This document shows positions 36,395-49,205 of a stretch of DNA of 64,000 nucleotides, one piece after another; the stretch's first letter is position 1; each line of letters starts with the position of its first letter. The translations under genes were made by a program, and so were the position numbers. This DNA is from Somniosus microcephalus (taxonomy: Eukaryota). The notes below the pieces were generated by a model. It had not been told where the DNA came from and searched no databases. It saw nothing but the letters and a program-made list of their open reading frames with translations. The stretch is from contig CM126233.1 of the NCBI GenBank assembly GCA_052327205.1, positions 33,294,001-33,358,000 of the forward strand. Direction: 5' to 3'.

Positions 36395-36685
36395 GGGCAG
36401 AGTTGGGGAGGGTAGGTCAAGCACTTCACCTCTGCTATGTGCCTTTCCTGATGTCTCAGCAGAGGATAGGATGGGGCCAGTCTGTCAGATTCACAACTCC
36501 TGATCCGTTATCCAGTGGTCTCTCTTGGAAAGTACATGTGACATCCCCACGGTCAAATAGCTTGCCAATAGTCACTATCTAAACTCGTATATGAAGAATG
36601 GCCATTTTGGCCACGTACCTGACAGGGCCGTAACTCACAAGAAGATATCCCAAGAAGAGGCAGCACCTTTAGGAGGGGAAGGGAA
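36395..36685 (+). mobile_element. Degenerate LF-SINE-like element
   Basis: CTCCTGATCCGTTATCCAGTG...CCCCACGGTCAAATAGCTTGCCAA...ATGAAGAATGGCCA...CAGCACCTTTAGGAGGGGAAGGG. Confidence 0.5.
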
Positions 36686-36986
36686 ACATTTGTGTGGCAA
36701 AATAACTTGGAAGCAAGAGACAAAATAAACCTTACCATGCAGTATCACAAATCTAACAAAAAGCAAACCTTCACCTTCCCGACACACTGATTACCCCATA
36801 AAAGGCACAAGTATTGCTGTAATATTTGTTCTGAAGAGTTCCTTGTGCTCTACAGTTCAAAAGTTCACAGCATACATTAGCCTGAGTGCATAATTAGGGC
36901 AAAATAGCCAAAGCAATAGAGACTGCCCAACAATGTTGTTGTAGCAGAAATAAAGAACCTACAGTGTTGGAAAGCTGCAAAGGATA

Positions 36987-37427
36987 GAACAAATGAACTT
37001 GCATTTATACAGCTTTTCACCACCTCCGGTCATCCCAAAGTGCTGCACAGCCAGTGAAGTACTTTTGTAGCCACTGTTTTAGGAAATGCGGCAGCTAATT
37101 TGCACAAAGCAAGGTCCCACAAACAACGAGATAAATGGCCAGATAATTTGTTTTAACAATGTTGGCTGAAGGATAAATATTGGCCAGGACACCAGGAATA
37201 ACCCCCCCAGCTCTTCTTTTAATAGTTCCGTGGGATCTTTTACGTCCAGCTGAGGGGGCAGACGGGGCCTCGGTTTAACGTCTCATCCGAAAAACGGCAC
37301 CTCCGACAGTGCCACACTCCCTCAGTCCTGCACTGGGAGTGTCAGCCTGGATTATGTGCTGATCTTTGGAGTGGGGCTTGAAACCACAACCTACTGACTC
37401 AAAGGAGAGAGTGAGCCACAGCTGACA
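36987..37427 (-). mobile_element. tRNA-derived Deu-domain SINE (SacSINE1-like), near full length
   Basis: Minus strand has a tRNA-like head, the Deu core GATGAGACGTTAAACCGAGGCCCCGTCTGCCCC..GGACGTAAAAGATCCCACGG and an L2-like tail; inverted homolog of 49663-50568. Confidence 0.8.
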
Positions 37428-38607
37428 ACTATACAGTGTGTTTTATGAATATAGGAATCAGCATTAGATATGCTACACTTATTAACCTGTAACTTCTCAA
37501 CCTACGTTGAAAGGTGTAACTTAGGTCAGTGCTAGGTGCAGGGTGACTATCTCTTAACCTGGCAGATCACCTGATTTTTGCATCTTCCATTTTGCTGCCA
37601 CTTTTCTCAGCAGTCAGGACGTCCCAACTAAAACAGGGAAGTTGAGAAGTAGGGCATATATTGGGTAACAAAGAATTTGGACTAATAGTTGTTTGCCATT
37701 ATCCATCAACAAAATTGACGTGAAGCACCCATTATGAGAATTAGTTTAATTTTGCAGCCTCTTGAAGGTCAATGAGTCATGATGAATGTGTTTACAGCTG
37801 ATGGTTAACATATTAGTCACCTCTTCATTCAAATGCATATTGTGCTCCTCTTCGCTCAACTATTTCACAACATATAGAATAGGTTCATATTGATCATACA
37901 TCAGCAATAGGAAGTCACACAGACAGAAAATAAACAGTATGTGCTTGAATGTATGTGGAGGTTTTTTTTTTGGATTTCAGAGGAATTAAAGGTGATAAGT
38001 TTGGAGTTATAATATGCAACCTGACAACTGAGAGGTTTGTTCCATTCAATTGGAAACATAAAATGAGCAGGTACTCATACACTTACTCTCAGGTTAAGCT
38101 GCTAAAACATATGAAAAACTGAACTGCCACATCCTTAGTTTGTCCCCATTCTACAATTTTTATTTTCCCACACCTGCAGCTGGAACCATCCACATCATGC
38201 CTCCAGTAATGTGTACTTAATACTGATTCATTCACGGTATCCTAGCGACATAAACAGTTACACAATGTAGATTTTCTGTATCACCTGATTATCAAACGCA
38301 ACAAGACATGCAGATAAAAACACAAGGGGGTAGATTGTAACTCTTGGGGGCCGAATGCACCGGTTGTCCGGCCGTGACAGGAGCGAAGAGGTTGGATCTA
38401 TTTCGAGGCCTGGGCCTCATTTAAACAGAACCGGCGAGCCACCCACCCCAAACAGGTGTCCTGATGCAGCTTTCCGCATTTGGGTTGGTGCAGTATTGGG
38501 TGGCCCACAGCAAGGTTAGTCCTGGGAATTGGCTTTGCTGTTACCAGGGGGAACTCGGGGTGCCAGTGGACCAGATTATTTCTGGGGCCCGGAGGAACAC
38601 TCTTGAT

Positions 38608-38975
38608 CAACAACAACTTGCATTTATATTGTCCTTTTAATGTTGTAAAATGTCCCAATGCGCTTCACAGGAAAAATAATTGACACCGAGCCACAAAGAA
38701 ATATTAGGGCAGGTGACCAAAAGTTTGGTCAAAGTGGTTGGTTTTAAGGAGGAGAGAGAGGTAGAGAGGATGGTGAGGTTTAGGGAGGGAATTCCAGAGC
38801 TTAGGCAGCTGAAGGTATGGCATCAATGGTGGAGCGATAGAAATCAGGGATGTGCAAATAGCCAGAATTGGAGGAGCGTAGCGATCTCGGAGGGTCGTGG
38901 GCCTGGAGGAGGTTAGAGATTGGGAGGGGCAAGGCCATGGAGGGATTTGAAAACGAGGATGAGAATTTTAAAATC
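38608..38975 (-). mobile_element. L2-type LINE 3' end
   Basis: ISNLLQAHDPPRSLRSSNSG..IPDF.RSTI motif and (CAA)n tail. Confidence 0.8.
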
Positions 38976-39819
38976 AAAGCAAGGGGGGAAAAAGAAAAAA
39001 GGAATGAACAGATTTTCAATTCAATGGAGCATAAAAGGATATGGATTCTGCCATTCCCATTAGTGTATATTTATGGTTGCATTGTGCAACCAATAAGACA
39101 TTTATACAATAAACATCAGACAGGAAGCTCTACTTGCTATAAATATACTTTGCTTTTGAATCGTTTCCTCCACATTTACCAGCAATACAATTCCCTGCTA
39201 CATTAGTGGCAATTGTCCAAACTCCTGTCAACCGGTGCGGTTCAGGTTGATTGGGGGGGGGGGGGGGGGCGGAATACTGGGGCAGTGATCATATCCGATC
39301 CCCAATGCATTTTCCACTCATTCCTTGGCAGTCTAGGAACACTTGAGCGCCAGCCTGCAGAAACAGTTTTTGCTGATTCAATAGATTTGGTCATGTGCCA
39401 GCCAAGGGGAAATTTGAGCTAAGTTTAGGAAGGCATTGTTTCTTGCAGGCTCAACAATGTTTCATGCATAAAAGAATTTAACATTTTCAACTAAACATTT
39501 CAATGGAACATGAAAAGGTCACAGGAAAACTTTTGACCATTCTTCTCAGTGCTGCTGAAAAAATACTAAATAATTTATAAAACATTTGCAGGTTAAGAAT
39601 GCCTCCCAGCTTGCCGAGTCCCACCCCAAAATACCTCAGACTCAAATTTGTTCAAGATTACAGAGTATATGCTGTATCCAAGTTTACACAGGCCTGTGGT
39701 AGCCCTTTCACTCAGCACTCCTAGTATTGGTAGTGCAAGTTTAAAAAATTCAACAGTTTGGGACTGTCCGCTTCTGCCAAATATACTCCTGATTAAGAAT
39801 ATAAGTTACAGAAGGACAG

Positions 39820-41375
39820 AACCCCTGGCCTGGATGGATTGCATCGACGCGTATTAAAAGTAGTCAAGGAAGAGATAGCAGAGGCACTATTACATATATA
39901 TAAAAATTCATTAGAAAAGGGAATCGTGCCAGAGGCCCGGCAGACAGCTAATGTGATTACTACTGTATATATAAAACGGAAGTTAGAGGAAGTCCAGGGA
40001 ATTATAGACCAATTAGCTTAACATCGGTGGTAGGAAAAGATAATGGAGTTCTTACTCAAACATGCAATAGAAAAACATCTAGAAATTGAAAATATAGTAA
40101 AGATTAGTCAGCACAGATTCCAAAAGGGAAGGACATGCTTGATCAACCTTACTGAATTCTTTGAAGTGACAGAAAGGGTAGATAAGGGCAATGCAGTAGA
40201 CGTAATATATTTGGATTTCTAAAAAGCCCTCGACAAGGTACTGCATAGTAGACTCATGACTAAGGTCAGAACATGTGGAGTCAGGGGACAAGTAGTGGAA
40301 TGGATAGCAAGCTGGCTACAAAACAGAAGAGAGAGAGAGTAGGGGGTTAAAGGTAGTTACTCAGATTAGCAAAAGGTGGGAAGTGGTGTTCCACAAGGAT
40401 CGGTGCTGGGAACATTGTTGTCCACCATTTACATAAACAATTTGGACTCGGGAATCAGAAGTCCAATTTTGAAATTTGCAGATGACACCAAATTGGGGGT
40501 TGTAGTTAATACAGAGGACTGTGACAAAATACAGGAAGACATTAATAAACTTGCAAAATGGGCGTGTAATTGGCAAATGAACTTCAATATAGGTAAGTGT
40601 GGGGTGGTACATTTTGATAGAAAAATAAGGAGGCCACATGCTCCTTGGAAAACAAGTGTCTAAATGGGGTCGAGGAGCAGAGGGATCTGGAGGAGTAGAG
40701 GGATCTGGGGGCACAGATAAACAAATCACTAAAAGTAGCAATGCAGATTAATAAGGCCATAAAAAAAGCAAACAAAGCACTGGGGTTCATTTCTAATGGG
40801 ATAGAATTGAAAAGCAGAGAAGTTATGTTAAACTTGTACGAAACCTTGGTTAGACCACGAAGTACTATGAACAGTTCTGGTCACCATGGAAAAAAAAAGA
40901 TATAGAGGCACTGGAGAAGGTGCAAAAAAGATTGACTAGAATGATACCAGAACTCAGGTTATAACTATCAGGAAAGATTGAACAGTCTGGGGCTTTTTTT
41001 CCTCCAGAAATGAGAAGACTGAGGGGTGACCATATAGAGGTCATCAAGGTTATGAAAGGGTTTGACAGGGTAGACGTAGAGAAGGTGTTTCCACTTGCCG
41101 GCGATATCAGAACTAGGGGCCATAAATATAAAATAGTCACTAATAAATCCAATAGGGAATTCAGGAGAAACTTCTTTAGCCAGAGAATGGGAATGTGAAA
41201 CTCGCTACCACAAGGAGTAGTTGAGGCGAATAGCATAGATGGATTTAAGGGGAAGCTAGATAAGCACACGAGGAAAAAACGAATAGAAGGATACATTGAC
41301 GGGGTTAGATGAAAAAGAGTGGGAGGAGGCTCATGTGGAGCATTAACTTTTGGGTCAAACAGCCTGGTTCTGTGC
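39820..41375 (+). mobile_element. Decayed 5'-truncated CR1 LINE (RT domain to 3' UTR)
   Basis: GSGVPQGSVLG, KFADDTKLG, WQMNFN and RTRGHKYKI motifs with several stops and frameshifts. Confidence 0.9.
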
Positions 41376-41691
41376 TAAAAAGGACAAAAGACCATTCAAT
41401 CCATCAAGCTTACTGCCTCCAACAGATCATATACAATTTGTATCTTAAACTTACCCTGATTTCCTAAATGAGGCAAAAAAAAGGTAAAACTTCTGAGAGC
41501 ACCTATGAAATTCATTCTTGACCCTGAAGATAACGGAGCACAATACCCTAGGATATCAATTTAACGTTACTTAATCCTGAATTGCTGTATCATGCAGATG
41601 ATGTTGCTAAATTCATAATCGGCAGAGAACCATAGTGGTTCATGTGATATATGTTCACAACCAGTTTCTCAGTGAAACTATAATCAGATTA

Positions 41692-42010
41692 TCAGAGGCC
41701 AGAATTAGAGGTCTCCGAGGGTTGCAGGGCTGGAGGAGGTTACAGAATTAGGGAGGGGCGAGGGCCATGAAGGGATTTGAACCCCCCCCGAGGATGAGAA
41801 TTTTAAAATCGAGGCGTTGCTGGACCAGGAGCTCGTAAGTCAGCGAGCACAGGGGTGATGGGCGAGTGGGACTTGGTGCGAGTTAGGACACAGGCAGCAG
41901 AGATTTGAATGAGCTCAAGTTTATGGAGGGTGGAAAATGGGAGGCCGGCCAGGAGAGCGTTGGAATAGGAGAGTCTGGAGGTAACAACATCATGGATGAG
42001 GGTTTCAGCT
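41692..42010 (-). mobile_element. L2-type LINE fragment
   Basis: LIHDVVTSRLSYSNALLAGLP..TLHKLELIQ.SAA.VLTRTK.HSPITPVL motif. Confidence 0.8.
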
Positions 42011-43617
42011 TCCAGAATGAGAATCATATCTACCACCTCTGCTTTTATTTTTTATATGATTACCGTAAGTTCCAACGTGTCTGGGCATTGAAAATTCCAT
42101 CCATTCCTGCAGAATATCACTCATTACAAAATAGTCTGTGCAGAAAACTTCTGGGGGTTTTTTAAGCAGCAAATACAGGCATGCCTAATACAGTCCTAAA
42201 CCTGCAAAATTCAATAGCTGCACAATGAAGCACAACAATGTTTCTATATGGTCCATTGAAAAATCTGTAATTTCAATGCCATAATGTATAAAATATATTG
42301 TACACAAAATAAGCACAATATAATATTTAAAAAAAAATCACACAGCACGTTTACTTGCAATAACTGAATTGCAATCATACCCTGCCTTTTTTTTCCTTTT
42401 GCACATTACAAGTGATTACATCCTTCTGATGTTGTCAATTGGGATGAGTGTGAGGAAATAACAGATGAGTTCAACAGTGCAATGATTACTACTTTTTTTT
42501 TTAAACTGTCAGAACATATATAAACCTGTTGATACTGGGAAGCAAGTTAAAGATTGCAAATCAATCTCAAAATTCTCACAATGGAATTCAGTGTCGTCTT
42601 TCTTTCTCTTGCTGTCCAAGGAAAGAAAGCAGAGGAATGTTATTAGCTATGGGGTATTCCAGCACTGATAGAGCAAATGACAAGTCTCTATTAAAACCCA
42701 GAGCTATAATTGAACCATCAGTACTGTGACATCTCTCCCCGCCCCCTCTTCCTGTGGGGAAAGTGCCTACCCCTCCACTCAGCAAGTGTGTAGAGTGGCA
42801 CATTTGAAATAGGAGTGCAGCTGAGTAGAACTGCAGGACCGGTCCATCGCTCAATGATGCAGTGTGTTAAAACATTCCTGGGAATGGGCCTCAAGAACAC
42901 TACTTGGGATCGTGGCTCTTGACAAAAGGTTAGTGAATAATACCAAATTAAAATGTGTTCCAAATGTATGTTGTTACTTGGTTTGAAAAGATAAGTTGCC
43001 AACCTTGCACAGAGATGTCTTCATCTTTTCAGTTGAAGCATCCCTGCACAGTGTAGCAGTAGATTCAATCCCTCTGGAAGTTGACAATGGAGGGGAAAAC
43101 AACAGGGAAGGGCAATGTCTTTAAGACACCGATGTTCAGAACTTCGGCACATCAGCCTGGTGACTTTTTACCTTCCCACACAGTGTAAATGGAATACAAG
43201 GCTGGAGCCGTCATTTGTTTTGCCCTGGGAATGTAGGGGTTTCACAAAAAGCATAAGCGCTGCAAAGCAAAAGACCTAAGAGATGGTTGGTTGTGAACTC
43301 AGTGTATAGAGAACAGCTCAATTCAATGAAGGCCATCTTATAAAAGGTGAGTGATCTAGTTTTCATTTTCAGAATCCTCTACATACTGCAGAAGACTGAC
43401 CAAGTAGCACGCCTAGGAGGAGGAGGTGGAGGCGCACGGAAGTCCTTGTAAAAAATATTTATCTAGGAGCAATACACTGTAATAAATATAAAAATAAATA
43501 CACAGTTGAAAAACAGGTTTAAACACATTCACATGACTGGTGGAGAAGGATAGGGAAAAGTACTCGCTCCAACATTTGACAAATGAAAAAAATAAACTAA
43601 ATAAAGGCATCACTTAC

Positions 43618-46600
43618 TTGTTACATTTCTTTGGTGGGGGAGGTGGGGGAGAATTTTGACTGCCTGGACAGCAGATTTCTTTCTCACTTTCAGGCACACC
43701 CACTGCAGGCTTTCCATCATCTTTCGATCCAGGTACCAGGACCTGCGTTTCGTTGGGGGTAGAATGGATTTCAGTGTCTGTTGCAGCAGCATCCAGTTTG
43801 CCAGTCTCGGGCTTTACATCATCCAGTCCAAGCTCTTGTTTGTAACTCAGTATGGCGGTCAGCTTCTCAGATGGTTCTAATATCTTCTGGTCACTGCACA
43901 GGTGGTGTCGTTGTATGGGTGGCGGCGGCAGCATGTGTATCACTCGTCCATTCAGTCCAATTAACTTGTCTTTGTCTTTTTCTTTCTCCTCCTCTTCCTC
44001 AGTCTTACGGCGACGAAAGAAGCTTTTGAAGGAGATCCATCGTTTTGGTTTAGCCTCTTGTGGCCGTTGGCGACCCTCTGGGTTTAGCAGTGGAGATTCG
44101 GTCTCGGGTGTTCGTACAGGGCTTGTTGGCTTCCCCCAGTTACTGAAATGCTTGTGCAGAAGGTTGCTGGCATGGTATGGGGAAGATGTAGAACGTGGGG
44201 GTGGAAATGGAGGCAGTTGTTCACTCTTAGGACTCAGGCTAGTTGCACCGGGAGATTGTACTGTACCTGGTTTAGATGTGGGAACAGTGACCTGCTTTGT
44301 TAGAATGCTTTCTTTCTGTCCTTTTGCGAGAGTGCTGTCCATCACTTTGGACACTTCTGTTCCACCATTTGCCTGTGGGGAGAACAATGACTTTGGGCGA
44401 GTGTGAATCTCTCTGTTGCCTTCTGAGGTGGCAGGTGGCTGAGAGTACAGCTCTTCTGCACTGCTGGCTTTTGATTGTGCCTGGGGATTTTCGGGCGGCA
44501 GCTGCGGAGGCTGAATAGATGCAACAATTTGGGAAAGCACAGTGCTGGCATTTTCCCTACCTCCTGACGACATCTGCCTTTCTGGTGTTTCTTCTTTTCT
44601 GGCTGGTGAATCTTGAATAGATCTTTGAATTCTGGAAGGAGAGTTTTGATTGGATCCAAAGCTTTTGTGGGGTGAGGACTGTGACATGATTTGTGCTTTG
44701 TTTTGTGCATTGTTGAATTCCTGCACTTTCTGTGCAACAGAACCAAGCAGCTTTCGTTCTGTGCTGGTACTCACTCCTTTTGCTTGGGGCAAATCTACGG
44801 ATTTCCTTGCTGATGATCCAATTTCCTCATATGTGTGGCTCATTACATTTTCCGAAGTTTCTTTTTTCAAATGTGATCCACTAGGACCCAAGAAGCTTTT
44901 ATAAATGGCCAAGTTATCATAAGCATTTGGATTAATTACTATTGGTACTTTTATAGCCTTGTGCTTTGAACTCTGCGCATATGTTGGTTCATCGTGTATG
45001 ATGATAGGGAAAGGAGGCATCCCAGCATTGTTATAACTGTTGAACTTTATCTCAGACAGATTTGGAGACTTCACAGGAATAGTTTTTGAAATAATATTTG
45101 TAGTAGTAGGTGAAGTAGGAGCAGATTTATGACTAATCTGTCTTGGGGGAGGTGTAGGGCCAGAACTACTTGACATTAAAGCCACTCTGGGCATTTTTTG
45201 TCGAGGACTAGTGCTGGAAGTCCACACCTCTTGATATCTGGTGATACTTGACTTTTTCTGGTTGTTTATCTGGCTCGAGAGTGGTGTGGGTGGGTTTGTA
45301 CTCACTGGTGAAGTCTTTATGCCTTGAAGAGATTCGGGTGGACTGTCAGACTTTTTATTGTTCATTGCTGCAGACACATCGACTACAGTGTATGGTTTGC
45401 ACATACCTGGTGGTTCTAAATCCACAACTCTATATGGTTTTGCTTGTTCTTCCTTTGGAATAATGTTAATTGTCACAGTTTGCCCAGGGCTGTCTGTGGA
45501 ATTTATGGCGAATTCTTGCTTCTCACTTTGCAGGGCTATCTTTCTATCCTTCTCTTCCAACCTCAATGCAAGAACAGCTTTATGAGTTTCTAGAGATTTT
45601 ACCGCTGTGCCTCTTGCTGGCTTAAAGGGAGCCTGCTTTACTTGGGGAACCTGTTCATTTTCATTTATGCTTTCGTAATCGGGTTCAATAAACTTGGTGC
45701 TTTTGCAGTCGTTTGGAGTAAGGTCACCATTGCAAAGTTGTTGGTGGTGTGTAGTTTTTGTCGTCCCAGTTTGAGATCCCTCTGTCATTGAGGAATCAGG
45801 AGATGTAGATTCAGAAGATAATATGCTTGGCATACTGTCCTGGCCATATGGAATCAAGGCTTCATCACCATATCCATTTAGAATTTCATCATAACTATCA
45901 TCGTAGTCCACAGCACAAATTCTCTGCAGGGACTGCTTTCGTAATGGCACAGTGTTCCACTTTTTGTCACTGCAGAACCTGACAGGAGACAGTGTGTTGG
46001 CCCTAAAGTTAGCGAAACGTGGCTGACCGCGCATACGTATTTCCACTGCCAACAGCTCCTCATCACTTTCATCCCAACTTTCTCGTTCTTCTGTCACGTT
46101 CTCACTTGACTCATTGTCCACTCTTCGATCACCGCTGAAGGAGCAGTCTGGGTAGCAGAAGAGCCCTCCCTCATTGCTGATGACGTCCAAGCTGTTGCTG
46201 AGCATAACATGCTTACCCATATTCTCTTTCATACCCGCCACAATGCAGCTCGGAGGAAGCTTCCTTTCCAGTGAACGCTGATAGCATTTGTTGATCCTTC
46301 CAAGAAAGGACTCTCTGTCACATTCTCTGCCTTGCAAGTGGCGCTCAGGCTCAAATCCAACAATTTCCTTCAATACATCAGTTAATCCATTATTATTATT
46401 GTTGGGCATCCTATTATTAACAATTCTGTCTGGGCCACTAGCCCTCTGAGAATTGCTGTTGTTCTCTGCGTTGTTGTTGTTGTTCACCGGTTTCCTGTTG
46501 ATTAGAACACCATTCCTATTCCATCCTACAAACACATGCTTATTTTCACAGCTTTCCAATACCTCCATTTCTGCACTCACAGTTTGTCCATCCATGACCA

Positions 46601-46835
46601 TCATGGTGGGCTTCACAGCAATTGTTGGCTTCTTAGCAACAGGAGGTCGAAAGTTACCAGTGCCTGACCTACCCCGGTGGTTGTTGCTGTGGTTAGCATT
46701 AGTTTTTAAATTGTTACATGAAAGAGGGGGGGTTTCAGAGGCAGTAGTCAAACAATGCAAACTTTTGGGCTTAAAACAGTTCTTGCATTCACCAGGCTTC
46801 CAGACGTGTTCAGTGAAGGCGTTGCAGGCGGACAT
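43618..46835 (-). CDS. PEAK1: PEAK1 giant first coding exon: N-terminal disordered scaffold region
   Basis: Starts MSACNAFTEHVWKPGECKNCFKPKSLH (PEAK/pragmin N-terminus). Contains AKKPTIAVKPTM, NAYDNLAIYKSF, HTYEEI and PKRWISFKSFFRRRK. Donor AAC AA|gtaagtg at 43618. Confidence 0.97.
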
Positions 46836-46954
46836 TTTTCACAGAGCTGCTCATGAGATGCCCCTTGCTTACTGCATTGTAATACATTCATTGATAAGTC
46901 TCACTTTTTATTCATCACCAAGTTCTTTGATCAGTGCTCTGTGTCAACACATAC
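46836..46954 (-). other. PEAK1: 5' UTR part of the PEAK1 start-codon exon, with multiple uORFs
   Basis: Acceptor ttttgtttccatttccag|GTATGT at 46954; six ATGs in the 119 nt before the main ATG. Confidence 0.7.
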
Positions 46955-49011
46955 CTGGAAATGGAAACAAAATATTCATTAAGTAAGGGTGCATTGAAAG
47001 TCAGATTTTGACCTATATAGATGGGTACTAAAGTTTATCAGTCTGATTTCACTCCATTCCCCCCCTTCAAGTGTAAATCTGCTTATGAGTAGAGATAGCA
47101 ACCTTTTTTCATCTTTTTTTTTCTCCATCCAAAATCCTTCAGGCTGGGAATGTGAGATAATTCAGAGTGATCATCATCTCCTTCGAGGTTCCGTAAACCG
47201 GGAGCCAAGGGAGAAACAATGGTGGCATTTTCATTCTTTTAGAAGTAGAATGCTCCAGTATTACAAGGAATTCTATCGATTGCTTGACCAAGCACTATGC
47301 GAAGATAACTCACCGAGCAGGCCGATTAGACAGATACACACAGCCCTCAGTTTCAAACCCATGTTCACCTGAGCCACTGCCTATCTGGCCAGTTTAAAGC
47401 ACTGCTGTCACCAGCACACTTTGTAATGCAACCTACTTTCCCCATCTCGGATAGTGTTGGTGTAGGGGTTACGGGGATTGGGTGGGATATGTGTCGGTGC
47501 AGGCTCGATGGGCCGAAGTGGCCTCTATCTGCACTGTGGGGTTTCTATGATTCTGTGATATCCCCGTTCAAGAAAACCACATTGAACTATGCAATAGACT
47601 ATTGTCTAGAGTACAGAAAAACAAGTCATTTTCTCTGTTAAAAAAAACTTTTACTAGCAAAGACATATGTGGAATCAGTTCCAAGACTGCTAAATCTACA
47701 TTACTAGTAACAGAATAGCTGCTTAAATTGAACCTGCATATAAAGTGATGGAAGTGTTTCATTTTATTGAAATCAGTTTTCAACTCAAAGATACAAGACT
47801 GCTTTAAAATTCATTCTGAACATTTCTAACTTTTGACTATCACACCATAATTCCTCAATCTAACTTACCAACAGCAAACTTGCTAAGTGCAACAATTACC
47901 AGGTCCCTAACACTCAAACACTGAATAGTCTGAATGCTTTCATTTGGCTGCAAAAATGTACAATGCATGTTTTTAAAATCGGAAGGACAGCAACTCAGAG
48001 TTCACTACAGTTGGGATGGTTCAGCACACAGTGACTATAAACCCTGCCCCATTAGCAGTTTCACACAATTCTCATTGCTGCGTATGATATGGAGAGAAGC
48101 AAGACTGAACGAAATAATATATTGCTTCACATCTTTAGAAAAGCATGTTTGCAAATAAAATTTGTTTAAAATCCAGAATATATTTTTTCCCAATTATATT
48201 AGTGCTCCTCCTATTTAACCAAATCCTGTTGTGAAGTGACTCTCGGCTATCCTGTTTGCATTATTTGTTCCAGCTATAGCATAGGACACCAAACAGTTAA
48301 TTTGAAAATAACTTAATTTAGCGACACTTAAAAAGGTAGCAAGTAAAGTTTCTAAACTTTTAAAAACTGAATTTCAACAAGGGCCTCATTAGCTGTCAGG
48401 CCAGATATTCTTAGATTTACTGCAAGTATCATAGGAAAGATATGAGGAACCTAAAAGTTTTTTTCAGTTATTATGTGCAATGATCTCAATCTATATAAAC
48501 TGTAGCCTAGTCACTTCATGATTGAAAATGTTACCATAAGAATTAAGAATGTTTCATTTGTGAGTACATCTAGTTTTCATTTATTCCTAAGTAAGTTTGG
48601 TATTGCAGTTTGTTGTCCCGACCTTTCATTTAAAAAAGAATTATGCGTAAATGTTTGTGCTCATCAAGAACAGCTCCCTCTACTCGGCGCCAACGATGTG
48701 CCTCAACCTCAAAAGATCAACCCCCATGAACCAATTTGCCATATTTCCACTTCCTCACACTAGCCATTCCTCTGGTCCAAGTGGGATAGCCAGTTTAGTG
48801 CCACGGGGTCATGCTGGATTGATACTGGCCAAATGCATTTCATGTAGGACTCTTGCATCTTGCAGAGGGAAGACTTTCATCTCAGGTCCTAAAGATGAAA
48901 GGCAGCATCTAAATCAATCCACCACCATGCCCTCTCCGCCTCCCCCACCACCCACCCAGTTATCAAAGTCAACTGTTGTTAGTAACTATGTAAAAAGTGT
49001 CCTGTAAATAT

Positions 49012-49205
49012 ATTACATAGGATGAGCAGCAAAGAAACAGGCCATTCGGCCCAACCAGTCCATGCCGGTGTTTATTCTCCACTCGAGCCTCATCCCATCC
49101 TTCCTCATCTAACTCTCAGCATAACCCTCTGTTCCCTTTTCCCTCGTATGCTTATCTAGCCTCCCCTTAAATGCATCTATACTATTTGCCTCAACCACTC
49201 CATTT
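49012..49205 (-). mobile_element. CR1 3' tail
   Basis: Homologous to 20476-20660; reverse complement of 41210-41375. Confidence 0.75.

Noticed and set aside
43852-46986. Antisense ORFs 43852-44406 and 46453-46986
   Set aside because: Opposite-strand shadows of the PEAK1 exon with no independent signals.
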